NCBI GenBank assembly: GCA_963755915.1
Contig: CAVWLP010000002.1
Location: 3,104,001-3,168,000, forward strand
DNA length: 64,000 nt
DNA from: an uncultured Phycisphaerales bacterium
GTDB taxonomy: Bacteria > Planctomycetota > Phycisphaerae > Tepidisphaerales > Tepidisphaeraceae
Direction of reading: 5' to 3'
Shown: positions 42,031-52,234 of the stretch, in pieces
Numbering within the stretch: position 1 is the stretch's first letter
Layout: each line of letters starts with the position of its first letter
Translations under genes and position numbers: made by a program
The notes under the pieces: generated by a model
The model's input: the letters and a program-made list of their open reading frames with translations, nothing else
Databases searched by the model: none
Told to the model about the DNA's origin: nothing

Positions 42031-44403
42031 TTAGGCGGGTGAGTGAGCGCAATAGGTTTGCCAGATGGATCGGTAGGCTTTTTCGACATGACGAGTAAAG
42101 CGTTGCGCGTCCATGATGGGGGAGTTTTCCATTCGTGAGCGTAATGTTTGTCGCAAGTCGGCGAGATGAGGCAGATCGTTCGCGAGGCTGGTGGCCGCTT
42201 GAATATATTGCTCGGGCGAATGGGCGATCAATTTGGGTAATCCCAGATTGGTGGATTGCGAGAGGCCCGCTCTTCCCACAACGGTATCTCCGACGAGGGT
42301 TACGACCGGCACGCCCATCCACAATGCGTCGAGGGTCGTGGTGTGGCCGTTATAGGGAATGGTGTCGAGGCCGATGTCGATGCGATGATAGATTTCGAGA
42401 TATTGGCGGCGCGGACATGGACTGACGCACTCGACGCGATCGCTATCAATTCCCTCGCGCCGCAAGGTTGCGAACATGGTTTGACGATGCATTCCTTCGG
42501 GGCATAGGACAATCAATCGCGAACCATCAATGGCGTTGAGGATCTGGGCCCATAGTCGCAAGACCTGTTCGTTGACCTTGCAGAAGTTGTTCAAACACCC
42601 GAACGTCAAATGGCCGAGCGTTCGCGCGGGCAATGGATTGGCGTCAATCCCGGTGACCAATGGTTGGTAACACCAGAAGGTTTCGGGCAGACGAATTGAG
42701 GTTTCGGAATAGAAATGGTCGTGAAATCCGGGCGGGTCCAGGTGAGGATCAGTGAAGCGATAGTCGATCGTATCCAGGCCAGTTGAACCGGGGTATCCGG
42801 CGAATGTCGCCTGGATCGGGGCGGGCTTAAGGGCAAAAACCCGCAGGCGCCCGCGAGCCATGTGAAGCGCTAAATCGACCAGAATATCGATGCGATCATG
42901 GCGGATGAGTTCCGCGACGGGCGCGTTGGGCTGGCCGGAAATACTGCGCCAAACATGGGCGTAGCCGCGAAATTGCTCGGTCATGGGGTCGGAACGGGCA
43001 TTATTGGAATAGCAGAAGATCTCGAAGCGGCTGTGGTCGTGTTGGCGAAACAGAGGAAGCAGATTCTGTCCAACGACGTGATCGCGAAAATCGGGAGATA
43101 CATAACCTATGCGCAAGCGGCGATCGGGATCGCGATCGTTGGCGTGTGGCCGAATTTTGTGCTTGAGCGGATCGGCATGCTGCTTGGCCCAGCGCCGGCA
43201 TTCATGCAGAACGATGGGCGCGTCGTAATCTGAATTAAACAGCATGCAATAGATCAGATTACTGTGCGCATCGGCATGATCCGGCTGAAGCTCGATTGCG
43301 CGGCGATACGAATCGATCGCGCCGTTTAAATCACCACCGTCCTTCAACGCAGTTCCGAGATTGTTAAACGCGCCGGCGAAGTCGGGCTGGAGTCGAATGG
43401 CCTGGCGATATGCGGTAATCGCATCATCGAGCTGCCGATTTTCGCGTAATGCGTTTCCCAGATTGCAGTGAATCTCTGCGAGATTGGGATCGAGGTAAAT
43501 GGCGTGGCGAAATGCGGCGATTGCTTCGTTCAATTGCCCCAGATCTGCCAGCGCGTTGCCGACGTTGTTGTGCGGACCGGCCTGCGTCGGGTCGAGTTGT
43601 ACTGCTTCCCGATAACTTGCGAGCGCCTCTTTTGTCTGTCCCGTATCTCTCAGGGTATTTCCCAGGTCGATGTGAAACCGGGCAGTTTTGGGACTCAGAC
43701 GGATCGCGTTCCGAAATTCGGTGATTGCCTCGTTCGTGTGTCCCACGGCGACCAGGACGTTGGCGAGATTGCCGTGAGCGTCAGCGAACGAGGGTTGGAT
43801 TTCGATGGCGCGTTGAAAACAGGCAATGGCCTGGTCTGGACGTTTGGTCCGCAGCAGCGCGTTGCCGAGGTTGTTGTGGATCGCCGCGTTGTTAGGGAGG
43901 AGGCGAAGCGACTGGCGATAGCAGACAATTGCCTCGTCGAACTGGAATTTGTCGATCAAAGCGTTTGCGAGGTTGCCATACGCTTCGGCAAAGTTTGGAT
44001 TGATTCGGATCGCCTGGCGGTATGCGGCGATTGCTTCGTCGACTTGTCCGTTATCTTTCAGCGTGACGCCGAGATTGTTGCAGGCCGCGGCGTGATTCGG
44101 CTGAAGCTCAAGGGCGTGACGATAGGTGCTGATGGCTTCGCTGCGCCGTCCGCTATTTTGGAGCGAGATGCCGAGGTCGTAATGCATGTCGGGGCGATTG
44201 GGGGCCAATGCGATCGCCGCGCGGATCATCTGAATTGCGTCGTCCAGTCGTCCGGCCTGACCGGACAGAACCCCCAACATATGCAGGGTCTCCGCATGAG
44301 AAGGATGCTGGGTCAGAATCTCCCGATAGATTCGCTCCGCCTCGGGGAATCGGCCGGCCCGATGATGCGACAAGGCAAGTTCAAACTGCTGCTGAATCGT
44401 CAT
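42031..44403 (-). CDS. TPR + GT41 (SPINDLY/OGT-like) glycosyltransferase, intact
   Basis: About 11 TPRs, IGYVSPDFRDH, KPAPIQ, NNFCK, GHTTTLDALWMG. Confidence 0.92.
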   Translation of the reverse strand: MTIQQQFELALSHHRAGRFPEAERIYREILTQHPSHAETLHMLGVLSGQAGRLDDAIQMIRAAIALAPNRPDMHYDLGISLQNSGRRSEAISTYRHALELQPNHAAACNNLGVTLKDNGQVDEAIAAYRQAIRINPNFAEAYGNLANALIDKFQFDEAIVCYRQSLRLLPNNAAIHNNLGNALLRTKRPDQAIACFQRAIEIQPSFADAHGNLANVLVAVGHTNEAITEFRNAIRLSPKTARFHIDLGNTLRDTGQTKEALASYREAVQLDPTQAGPHNNVGNALADLGQLNEAIAAFRHAIYLDPNLAEIHCNLGNALRENRQLDDAITAYRQAIRLQPDFAGAFNNLGTALKDGGDLNGAIDSYRRAIELQPDHADAHSNLIYCMLFNSDYDAPIVLHECRRWAKQHADPLKHKIRPHANDRDPDRRLRIGYVSPDFRDHVVGQNLLPLFRQHDHSRFEIFCYSNNARSDPMTEQFRGYAHVWRSISGQPNAPVAELIRHDRIDILVDLALHMARGRLRVFALKPAPIQATFAGYPGSTGLDTIDYRFTDPHLDPPGFHDHFYSETSIRLPETFWCYQPLVTGIDANPLPARTLGHLTFGCLNNFCKVNEQVLRLWAQILNAIDGSRLIVLCPEGMHRQTMFATLRREGIDSDRVECVSPCPRRQYLEIYHRIDIGLDTIPYNGHTTTLDALWMGVPVVTLVGDTVVGRAGLSQSTNLGLPKLIAHSPEQYIQAATSLANDLPHLADLRQTLRSRMENSPIMDAQRFTRHVEKAYRSIWQTYCAHSPA

Positions 44404-44427
44404 GTGTTTCGCAGAGCGAGCGGATTC

Positions 44428-45102
44428 TCATTCAAATTGCACGGTTCCGAAACATTCGGGTAAATGGAAATTGAGTTCCTCTCCCATCGGCGCCCAACTC
44501 GCCCAATGAGGATGGGAGCTTTGGTCAGCGCATTTGTAGAAATTGCAACGCCAGGACGATTGAGCGAGAGCGGCGAGCGGGCCGGTGTAGTGTTCCAGCA
44601 CCTCCAACGGTATTGTGCAGGTGACGCTCCAGGGAGTTGGATCGGTGCGCTCGGGCGTTACGATGGAGGGCAGCGAGTGAAAAACCGAAAGCCGTTTCGC
44701 GTGGTGCGGGGCGATCGGGGTAAATTTTGCCAGTCCTGTGGGCGTGCGCGTGGAGTCCTGCACGTAATAGAAGAGGAATGTCCCGCCGCAGTTGATCTCG
44801 AGATTAAAATAGGCCGGTCCTTTCAGCGGCTGGAAAAAGAATTCAACGCAACTGTCCTGATAAACGGAATCCTGAAACGATGTGTGCTTGCAAATGACAT
44901 ATCGGTCGTTGACTTCAAATCGAATGTGGAGGCTGGCAAGATCGTGAAGCATCCGCACGCGCGTGCGCGGCCGATGATCGCTGCTTTTTGGATGAAAGTG
45001 ACTGATCTCGAGCTCCTGCGTGCCGGACCAGAGTGGGTCTGATAGGTCCATGGCGCCGGCAGCGGGGGGCGAAACGCGGCGGACGATATACGATTCTCTC
45101 AT
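44428..45102 (-). CDS. CBM9-like/DOMON carbohydrate-binding protein
   Basis: VYQDSCVEFF, YFNLEINCGG, NFYKCAD, FHLPE.FG. Confidence 0.82.
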   Translation of the reverse strand: MRESYIVRRVSPPAAGAMDLSDPLWSGTQELEISHFHPKSSDHRPRTRVRMLHDLASLHIRFEVNDRYVICKHTSFQDSVYQDSCVEFFFQPLKGPAYFNLEINCGGTFLFYYVQDSTRTPTGLAKFTPIAPHHAKRLSVFHSLPSIVTPERTDPTPWSVTCTIPLEVLEHYTGPLAALAQSSWRCNFYKCADQSSHPHWASWAPMGEELNFHLPECFGTVQFE

Positions 45103-45159
45103 TGAAGTAGAAAATTACTCTGGATGGGATAGGAGCGACAGATTCTCCGCGGAAACGTT

Positions 45160-46518
45160 CTAACGCGCGTTGCCCGGCGCGGCCGATTGAAGTTTTTTTT
45201 GGGCCAGCGCCATCGTCTCCTCGAACACCTGGAGCGATTCGGCGCGATCGGCTGCTGAAGCTCCGCGGCGATAAGCTTCGATGCAATGCTCGGCCTCGGT
45301 TCGAAAGCGCACGGGTGCACGCGTATCGCCGCGCTTCTTTAGAAAATGACCAAGCCATTTCGAACCGTAGTGGGCGTGGATCTGCTCGTCGGCCCAGTCG
45401 AAATCCATGTCGTGACTGCTGACTCGATCCCCTGCTTGCCCGAAGATTTTCATCCGCTGGGACTTTGTATGGATATAGGTGCTCTCGAAATAGAAAATAA
45501 TACCCAGGCGTGTCAGGGCATCTGATTCAGCCCCGGCATTGTAGGAAAACGCACAAAGGGGCATCTGGTCGAGGGTAAATCCCCACTCCCGCAATCGGGT
45601 GAATCCCATGCGGCAATGCCTGATCTCGTCGTAGCACCAGCGGGCCGCGTCGACCAGGAACTCGTGATCCGCCTCGGCGCTCAAGTCGTACAAACAGGCT
45701 GCGGCCATTTCGGCGGCCCAGACCTCGTTGAGATGATGGACGGCCTGTCGAACCTGGAGGCGCAGCTCCTCGCCCGCGCCGAATTTGGGATCGAGCATGT
45801 CGGGCCAGGCAAACTTCAGGAGCCGGAACCGCGCATTGCGCTCACCGAGCCGCTGAATCGAAAACGGTTTTCCGCCGAATCGGGATGGATTGAATTCCCC
45901 GGTGGACTGCGTTGGGGACTGCGTCGGGGCCAAAAGGTTGCCGACGGCCCTGGACCAGCGCTCCAAGCCTTCGCACCAATGTTCGATTGATTTTGCGCGG
46001 TCAGGGAATACCGCCTGGAGATCGGCGGAAGCGGCTTGGGCTCGCGTGAGCTGGTGATCGATGTCTTCGATCGCTTGTGTAAGGATTCGGATTGTCGGGC
46101 CGTCATCGAGATGATCCGCCTGCTGAAGATAAGCAGAGAGCGCCGCGCGAAACAGCGGCTTGACGATTCGCCAAAGCCCCTGGGTGAAGGCCTCGCCGCT
46201 GGGCGCATCGGCGAACTTTGACCACAGCTCAACCAGGGATTCATCGGGGGGAAGATCGATTTCGCGGAGGGGATATCGAAGTTCGAGGACGCGCTGCCGC
46301 AGCTCATTGCAGATGACGGCATCCTGCCAAAGAAATTCGGGCAGCAGGAGCTTGGATTGCCAGTGGGTGACTCCGGGCATCCAGCCGGCGGCGAGGCGGA
46401 CGAGTTCGCGCTGGAGCCAGTAAAATCGCTTGAGTATCGAGGCGGAGTCAGCGACCATGAGCAAGCCGCGGCTCTTGTCGCCGGGCGTCAGCAGGCCGGT
46501 GTTATGGGAAGAGGACAC
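45160..46518 (-). CDS. Ferritin-like di-iron protein (DUF455-like)
   Basis: E...DEIRH...E...DEQIH di-iron carboxylate pattern; start uncertain (GTG at 46518 chosen). Confidence 0.75.
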   Translation of the reverse strand: MSSSHNTGLLTPGDKSRGLLMVADSASILKRFYWLQRELVRLAAGWMPGVTHWQSKLLLPEFLWQDAVICNELRQRVLELRYPLREIDLPPDESLVELWSKFADAPSGEAFTQGLWRIVKPLFRAALSAYLQQADHLDDGPTIRILTQAIEDIDHQLTRAQAASADLQAVFPDRAKSIEHWCEGLERWSRAVGNLLAPTQSPTQSTGEFNPSRFGGKPFSIQRLGERNARFRLLKFAWPDMLDPKFGAGEELRLQVRQAVHHLNEVWAAEMAAACLYDLSAEADHEFLVDAARWCYDEIRHCRMGFTRLREWGFTLDQMPLCAFSYNAGAESDALTRLGIIFYFESTYIHTKSQRMKIFGQAGDRVSSHDMDFDWADEQIHAHYGSKWLGHFLKKRGDTRAPVRFRTEAEHCIEAYRRGASAADRAESLQVFEETMALAQKKLQSAAPGNAR

Positions 46519-46580
46519 GTTACGTCCGCCGTCCTTGAAGAAATCCGCTGGAGCGATACAATTTCGTCGGAATTCTTCTA

Positions 46581-46596
46581 ACACGAAACGATTCGT
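46581..46596. promoter_or_regulatory. LacI-type operator, copy 1
   Basis: ACACGAAACGATTCGT directly before the LacI ATG; near-palindrome with central CG; identical copy at 48265. Confidence 0.8.
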
Positions 46597-47664
46597 ATGT
46601 CAAGGCAACCCTCGGCGACGCGCAAGGTGCAGATGGCGGACGTGGCCCGCGCGGCGGGGGTCTCGCTCTCCACCGCGAGTGAGGTCCTGGCCGGCCGCGA
46701 TCGCGGCTGGATCGGCGCCGAAACTCGGGCGCGGGTGCTGAAGGTAGCGGAAAAGCTACAGTATTCGCCGAACATCGTCGCGCGAAGCCTTCGGAGCCAG
46801 TCGAGCAAAGTGCTGGGACTGATTTTCCCCGGGATGGTCAACGATTATGTGGTTCAGACGGCGGAAGCGATCTATGACGCTGCCGATCGGGAGGGGTATA
46901 AGGTTCTGCTCACGCCTGTGCGCAGCGATGATGCGGCGGTTCAGTCGAACACGATCGCCGAGCTTGGGGGCCGAATGGTGGAAGGGATTTTCATTCTTTC
47001 TCCCTACCGGCCGTGGCTGACCGACGATCAGCTGACTGCGGCGCCCGCGGTTCTGATCGACACGGTCACGATGCATCCGCCCTCGCCACGCATCCGGCAT
47101 GTCCACGTGGATCGATCGATAGGGGTTGAGCAAGCGATTGCGGAGGTTCTGAGAAGCGGAAGAAGGCGCATACTGGCAGTGCTTGACCTGCACGAAGGGC
47201 GTGACGGCCGTGCGCGCACGGGGCCTGAGAAGCTTGCGGGTTGCCGCCGCGCCCATGAGAAAGGGGGAGTTGATTTCCCCCAGGATCTCATCTTTCGCGT
47301 CCCGCTCAAAGATGCCTGGAATGTGGAAGAGGGATGCGAAATCGGTCGGCAAATCATTGAAAAGGGATTGCGATTCGACGCGCTGTTCGCAAATAACGAC
47401 CAGTTGGCCATCGGGATAATGGAAGAATTGATTAAAAGTGGCCGAAAAGTCCCGGGGGACGTTGCCATCGTCGGATTCGGCGACCAGCCGGCGTGCCTCG
47501 TTTCATCGGTGCGGTTATCGAGCGTTGGAGTGCGCGTCGGGCGTCTCGCCGACGGAGCGATCGCTCAAATGCTGGATCTTTTGAGCAGAAAAGAGGAGAA
47601 GAAGTCGATCGACACAATTGTCGCCAGCGAGTTCATGCCCCGGGCAAGCTCGGCGGCGCTGTAA
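46597..47664 (+). CDS. LacI family transcriptional regulator
   Basis: MADVARAAGVSLSTAS HTH, YSPN.VARSL hinge, NDQLAIG, VPGDVAIVGF. Confidence 0.95.
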   Translation: MSRQPSATRKVQMADVARAAGVSLSTASEVLAGRDRGWIGAETRARVLKVAEKLQYSPNIVARSLRSQSSKVLGLIFPGMVNDYVVQTAEAIYDAADREGYKVLLTPVRSDDAAVQSNTIAELGGRMVEGIFILSPYRPWLTDDQLTAAPAVLIDTVTMHPPSPRIRHVHVDRSIGVEQAIAEVLRSGRRRILAVLDLHEGRDGRARTGPEKLAGCRRAHEKGGVDFPQDLIFRVPLKDAWNVEEGCEIGRQIIEKGLRFDALFANNDQLAIGIMEELIKSGRKVPGDVAIVGFGDQPACLVSSVRLSSVGVRVGRLADGAIAQMLDLLSRKEEKKSIDTIVASEFMPRASSAAL

Positions 47665-47683
47665 ATCCGCGCAGAGACCGCGA

Positions 47684-48195
47684 TCACGGAGTGACCATCG
47701 TCAGATTGTTCTTTGAACCGTCAGGGCAGCGCACGTCGGTGATTCGAATGGAGCGGCTGATATCACTGAAATCGGTCCAGTCGCGGTCTCCCGGCGCTTG
47801 ATCTGGATTCCCTGCATTGAAGTTTGCAGTTTGGCCATGCCCTGGGCCGCGTCAGTGGGGGAAGCGTTGTTGCGAATCTGGTCAAGTTTGCCAGGTGTAA
47901 ACCGCTCAAGATATCCAACCCAGGTGGTCTTTCCGCCATCGCAGGTGAAGACACAGGCAAGGTAGGCGGTTTTGCCGTCCTTCTGGAAGGGGGGAAGATT
48001 ATCCGCCGAATCGGTAAATAGCGCGGCTTTGGCGGCGTCGGGCGAGCTGTCGTCGGTTGTGAAATAGGCCTTGGTTGGCATGGAGGTCGGGACGCCTGTT
48101 CGCAATGTTCTGAAGACGCCTATGAAAATGCCCAGAACGGCAAGCACAATCAGGGCGGCTGCCCACCGCGGATGTGAATTGATTGTTTCGCGCAT
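47684..48195 (-). CDS. Membrane-anchored hypothetical protein, apparent frameshift at ~47795
   Basis: N-terminal TM, PPF, VFTCDGGKT..VGYLERF; restored end KRPGDRDW...RCPDG...VTP*. Confidence 0.7.
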
Positions 48196-48264
48196 GATTT
48201 AATTGCTCGCAGAAAAGGCCAGCGGGCGCTTCGGCGGGGCGGACGGGCGGAGCGAATTTCGCTG

Positions 48265-48280
48265 ACACGAAACGATTCGT
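48265..48280. promoter_or_regulatory. LacI-type operator, copy 2
   Basis: ACACGAAACGATTCGT, identical to 46581-46596, in a divergent intergenic region. Confidence 0.8.
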
Positions 48281-48342
48281 TTAAGGGAAATCTACATTGT
48301 ATTCGGTTTCTGTCAAGATAAAATCCGCCCGCAGGTAATCTA

Positions 48343-49215
48343 ATGAAGATGCAAACGTGCCAGATTCCAAGCAGCCGGGATGGGGAAAAGCAGTCGCTGC
48401 GCTACGTTGCCGGCGGGAAGAGATTTCCGCTGGTGGTTTTTCTGCACACCTGGAGCGGAAGCTGCGAAATGGAGGAACCAGCGTGGGTTGAATTGGCGCG
48501 GGAGCGGAATTGGTCGCTGATTCAACCGGATTATCGGGGGCCTAATGTTCGTCCCGAAGCGTGCGGATCGGATCTTGCGCAGCAGGATATACTTGACGCG
48601 GTGCAGTGGGCAAAAGGCGAATTTTCGGCCTCGGCGGATCGCGTTTTTCTGATGGGCGTTTCAGGGGGCGGGCACATGGCGATGCTGATGGCCGCGAGAC
48701 ATCCGAAAATGTGGGCGGCGGTCAGCGAGTGGGTAGGAATTTCGGATTTGCGGCAATGGTATTTCGAGCATCTCCGCGACGGCGAGCCCGAGTCCTATGC
48801 GCAGAACATAATGGCCTGCGTCGGCGGGGCGCCGGGAACGACATCGGCGGATGTGCAACTTAGGCTTCGCTCGCCGTTGGGCCAGCTTGCGTCCGCGAAG
48901 GATGTGCCGATTGATTTCAATGCCGGAATTCATGATGGACACACGGGGTCGGTTCCGATTCACCATACCCTGGATGCGTTCAACGAGATTGCCGCCGCCG
49001 TCGGCGCTGCGGCGGTCACCGCGCGTGAAATTCAGCAGCTTGGCAGGAGAAGCAACCTGGCTGATCCGCTGGATTCTAATCGGGTCGAAGATGCTGTTTA
49101 TGGTCGGAAAATTCACCTTCGGCGCCACGCTGGCAAATCGCGCGTGACCATCTTCGAAGGGGGCCACGAGGGCCTGCCGGCCGCCGCGTTTGACTGGTTC
49201 GACCGGCACAACTGA
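48343..49215 (+). CDS. Alpha/beta hydrolase (S9 peptidase/esterase-like)
   Basis: LHTWS, GVSGGG nucleophile elbow, HDGH, GGHE. Confidence 0.85.
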   Translation: MKMQTCQIPSSRDGEKQSLRYVAGGKRFPLVVFLHTWSGSCEMEEPAWVELARERNWSLIQPDYRGPNVRPEACGSDLAQQDILDAVQWAKGEFSASADRVFLMGVSGGGHMAMLMAARHPKMWAAVSEWVGISDLRQWYFEHLRDGEPESYAQNIMACVGGAPGTTSADVQLRLRSPLGQLASAKDVPIDFNAGIHDGHTGSVPIHHTLDAFNEIAAAVGAAAVTAREIQQLGRRSNLADPLDSNRVEDAVYGRKIHLRRHAGKSRVTIFEGGHEGLPAAAFDWFDRHN

Positions 49216-49247
49216 GCGCGGAACTTTCCCTACCACGGAGGCGATGC

Positions 49248-51153
49248 GTGAAGGGTAAGGCAATTTGGTGGGTTTCACCTTCGCTCCTCGAACCGATCGA
49301 CGGGCCGTGGGGAACCGTCGAGAGCTTCGGGGATGATTCGGTTCTCGCATGGCGAGGCATCATCGATTGGGCCGCCAGCCTGAACGTCGATCGCATCATC
49401 ACCGGCGTCGAGCCGTATATGACGGACCGCGTGGTGGGGCAGTGGCCATTTCATTACGTCTGTCGTTTTCCACACGATGCCAGCGCCCGCTGTTTTGATA
49501 CTGCGACCATCGAGCGAAATATCGAAACTTCGCGCCAGATCGCCGCATACGGCCTGGCCAGGAAAGTCAAAATATTTTTGCACCATTACAACTTTATGGC
49601 GCCGGAGACATGGGTTAATGCACACAAGGATTTGGCCCAAAAGCTTGACGCCGTCGACGATCCGATGTGGGGACGGCGGTTTCATCCCGACCGCATGGGA
49701 TTCCTAGTCGCTCACATTTGCTGGAGCGATCCACAGTACCGCGAATTTCTTGGCCGCTGCTGGGATGAGCTGTTCGCGAATATTCCCGAGCTTTCAGGCC
49801 TGATGGTGACGCCCGGGGAATTCAGTTATTGCCGATGCGCTGCGTGCGCTTTGGGGAGAACGCAAAGTATCTTTGATTCACATGACGGAACATCGTCGGC
49901 GACGGCGAATCCTCGCTTGCGGTTAAGCATCGACCTGATCGAATCCGTCCGGCGCGCCTGCGATGTTGCCAAAAAAGAGCTTATCGTCCGGACGTGGGGC
50001 ATGGAGCCGTGGGCGCGGCAATTGCCGTCCGGCATCGAGTACGCGACCAAGTTTTCCGTGTTTGATGCCTGCTGGTCTGGTCCCGATCCGTCGGCGCTGG
50101 AATATTCCCGGGCGGGCCACCGCGCCTGGATGATGCAGGCGATCGAGGCGGAAAATTCGGGACCGCTTCTGTGGCATGACGAAAGCTGGGCACGAGATTC
50201 CGCCAGAAGGCTTAACGAATGCGACACGCCGGGCACGATCGTTCACATCAACCTCCATTGGGGCCATCGCGGCCAATGCAGCAGCTTCATTTCCTCGCGA
50301 AATATCCAGCGATTGCTGGAAAACCTGGAACCGCGCGTTGAGGCGCCAGCAGGAAACGAACCCAGTCGTTCGCGCGGAATTCCGGCAATTTTTTGGCGAT
50401 GGCCAGGGTGACAGGGTTTGCGAGGCGGCAAAACTCATCGCGGCCGTTCCCCTGAATATGACAGCGATCCTGCACCTTCAGCGCGAAGGTTTCACGTTTC
50501 ACCTTCAGCCCTGGTTCGACGGGAAATGGCGCTGGCCCGGTGTGCTGGGCGACAGCCAGATGGACCCTCCGCAGTGGGCGAACCCCGATGGGGTGATTAC
50601 GCTGGGCGCGCTGCTTGGGACGGTCGAGCAAAATCCGGCGTCGCTGGAAAAAGTCGTTGCGGGTGCGCCTGGGGATGTAATCGGACGCCTCGATTTTCTG
50701 GCCGCCGGCGCGGAACGCGCGACCGGCATTTTGGAAGGGGTGCAACCACCCACATCGGCGATCGCCCGCTCGGAGTTGCAGCAACTGCTCATCACGGCGC
50801 GAATTGCGCATCTTTTTGCGATGGAAACTGCCGCGTCGCTGCGAGCACGGATAGCCTGGCAGATCGTGAAAACGAGCGAAGACGATCGCCTGGCCGAAAG
50901 CGCTCGGGCGAATGCCGCACAATTCTATGAGACTTGCGTGGAATTCTTACGCGGCCAGCTCGGCTTGGGTCTTTCGCTGTGCAGCTATTTTCCCGATTAC
51001 CTTTGCCATGTCGTGGAATCGCATGAGACCTTCTATCGCCTGCCGCTGGCGACCCGATTGAAAATCCGCCGGGAAGAATTGCGACTGATCCGCTCGCTGG
51101 CGCGGCCTATCCGTCCGGCAGGCATGACGATTGATTTGAATGAGTTGCGTTGA
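49248..51153 (+). CDS. Hypothetical protein, possibly glycoside-hydrolase-like barrel plus helical domain; frameshift at ~50330-50375
   Basis: Two overlapping same-strand ORFs; GLMVTPGE, CRCAAC, LIVRTW. Confidence 0.6.
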
Positions 51154-51174
51154 AGGCAATCCTCCTGCCAACCA

Positions 51175-52221
51175 TCACACCTCTGCCAGGTATTTGCGGA
51201 AAAATGGAATCGACTTGTTCCCGCCCCAGCGATGCCCATCGCCAAATCGATCGAGTTCGAGGCGTTCCGATATACCGGCGGCTGCATAAATCTTTTGCAG
51301 CTCTTCCCAGCAACTGTTCGCGTTCTCGACAAGGAAGCAGTCGTCATGAACGCCGATTTCGATCAGCAGCGGCTTGGGCGCGATCAGTCCCTGGAGATCG
51401 GGCACATCGCACAGTTCGTAAATCCCGGGCGTGATCTGGCTCCCGCAGATGTTCAAATCGCGGAATCCGAACTTGGCAAAGCGATCGCTGTAACAGATCA
51501 CATCGGCGGCTTTAACGCGCTCGTCGCAGATGGCCATCCAGGTTGTCATCGTTCCGCCAAAGGAAAGGCCCATGACGCCGATTCGGTTCGGATCTACATA
51601 GTCCTGCTCGCAGAGATAGTTGATTGCGCATTTGCCGTCGTGGATGTCCATGCCCAGCACGGTGTAGCCGAGCATGGAAGCGCGAAGATAGTGCAAATTG
51701 CAAAGGTCGCGCCCTTCCGCGCCCTTCCATAAAAAGGGCCGCTCGCGGTCGTCGCGTTCGCCGAACCCGCGCCAATCAATCGCCATGGTGACAAACCCAG
51801 CCTTCGCCATTTGCAGGCCGTAGTCGTAGTTGAATCGCGAAATATTTGCGACGAGCGCATCAGATGAACGAACGCCCATCACCGCTTCCTTGCCATAGGG
51901 ACCGTGCCCGTGACATGCGAGAATTGCGGGAAGTTTTCCGGTCGTACCCGAAGGCCGAAAAACATAAGCGGTCACGGAAAGCCCGGGCTCAACGTCGATG
52001 AAAATCTTCTGTTTAATGAGGCCGTCTTCTTCCCACTGGCAGATCAGCCCGGGGTTTAGGGGAACGGATGGCGGAATTTGGCCCAGCGATTGAAGAAGTC
52101 GAGGCCGCAGCGCATTGCGCCATTTGCGCCAATCCGGGACTGAATTTCCGGCAAAGCGAAATTGGGGGTGATGCTGGGCCGCGTATTGATTGAAGAGCTG
52201 GTTGATTGACAGATTGCGCAC
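51175..52221 (-). CDS. Alpha/beta hydrolase (acetyl-xylan-esterase/dienelactone-hydrolase-like)
   Basis: CHGHG, GFGER, GLSFGG, LIAPKPL, GHRW. Confidence 0.85.
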   Translation of the reverse strand: MRNLSINQLFNQYAAQHHPQFRFAGNSVPDWRKWRNALRPRLLQSLGQIPPSVPLNPGLICQWEEDGLIKQKIFIDVEPGLSVTAYVFRPSGTTGKLPAILACHGHGPYGKEAVMGVRSSDALVANISRFNYDYGLQMAKAGFVTMAIDWRGFGERDDRERPFLWKGAEGRDLCNLHYLRASMLGYTVLGMDIHDGKCAINYLCEQDYVDPNRIGVMGLSFGGTMTTWMAICDERVKAADVICYSDRFAKFGFRDLNICGSQITPGIYELCDVPDLQGLIAPKPLLIEIGVHDDCFLVENANSCWEELQKIYAAAGISERLELDRFGDGHRWGGNKSIPFFRKYLAEV

Positions 52222-52234
52222 GTTCGATCTCCTT

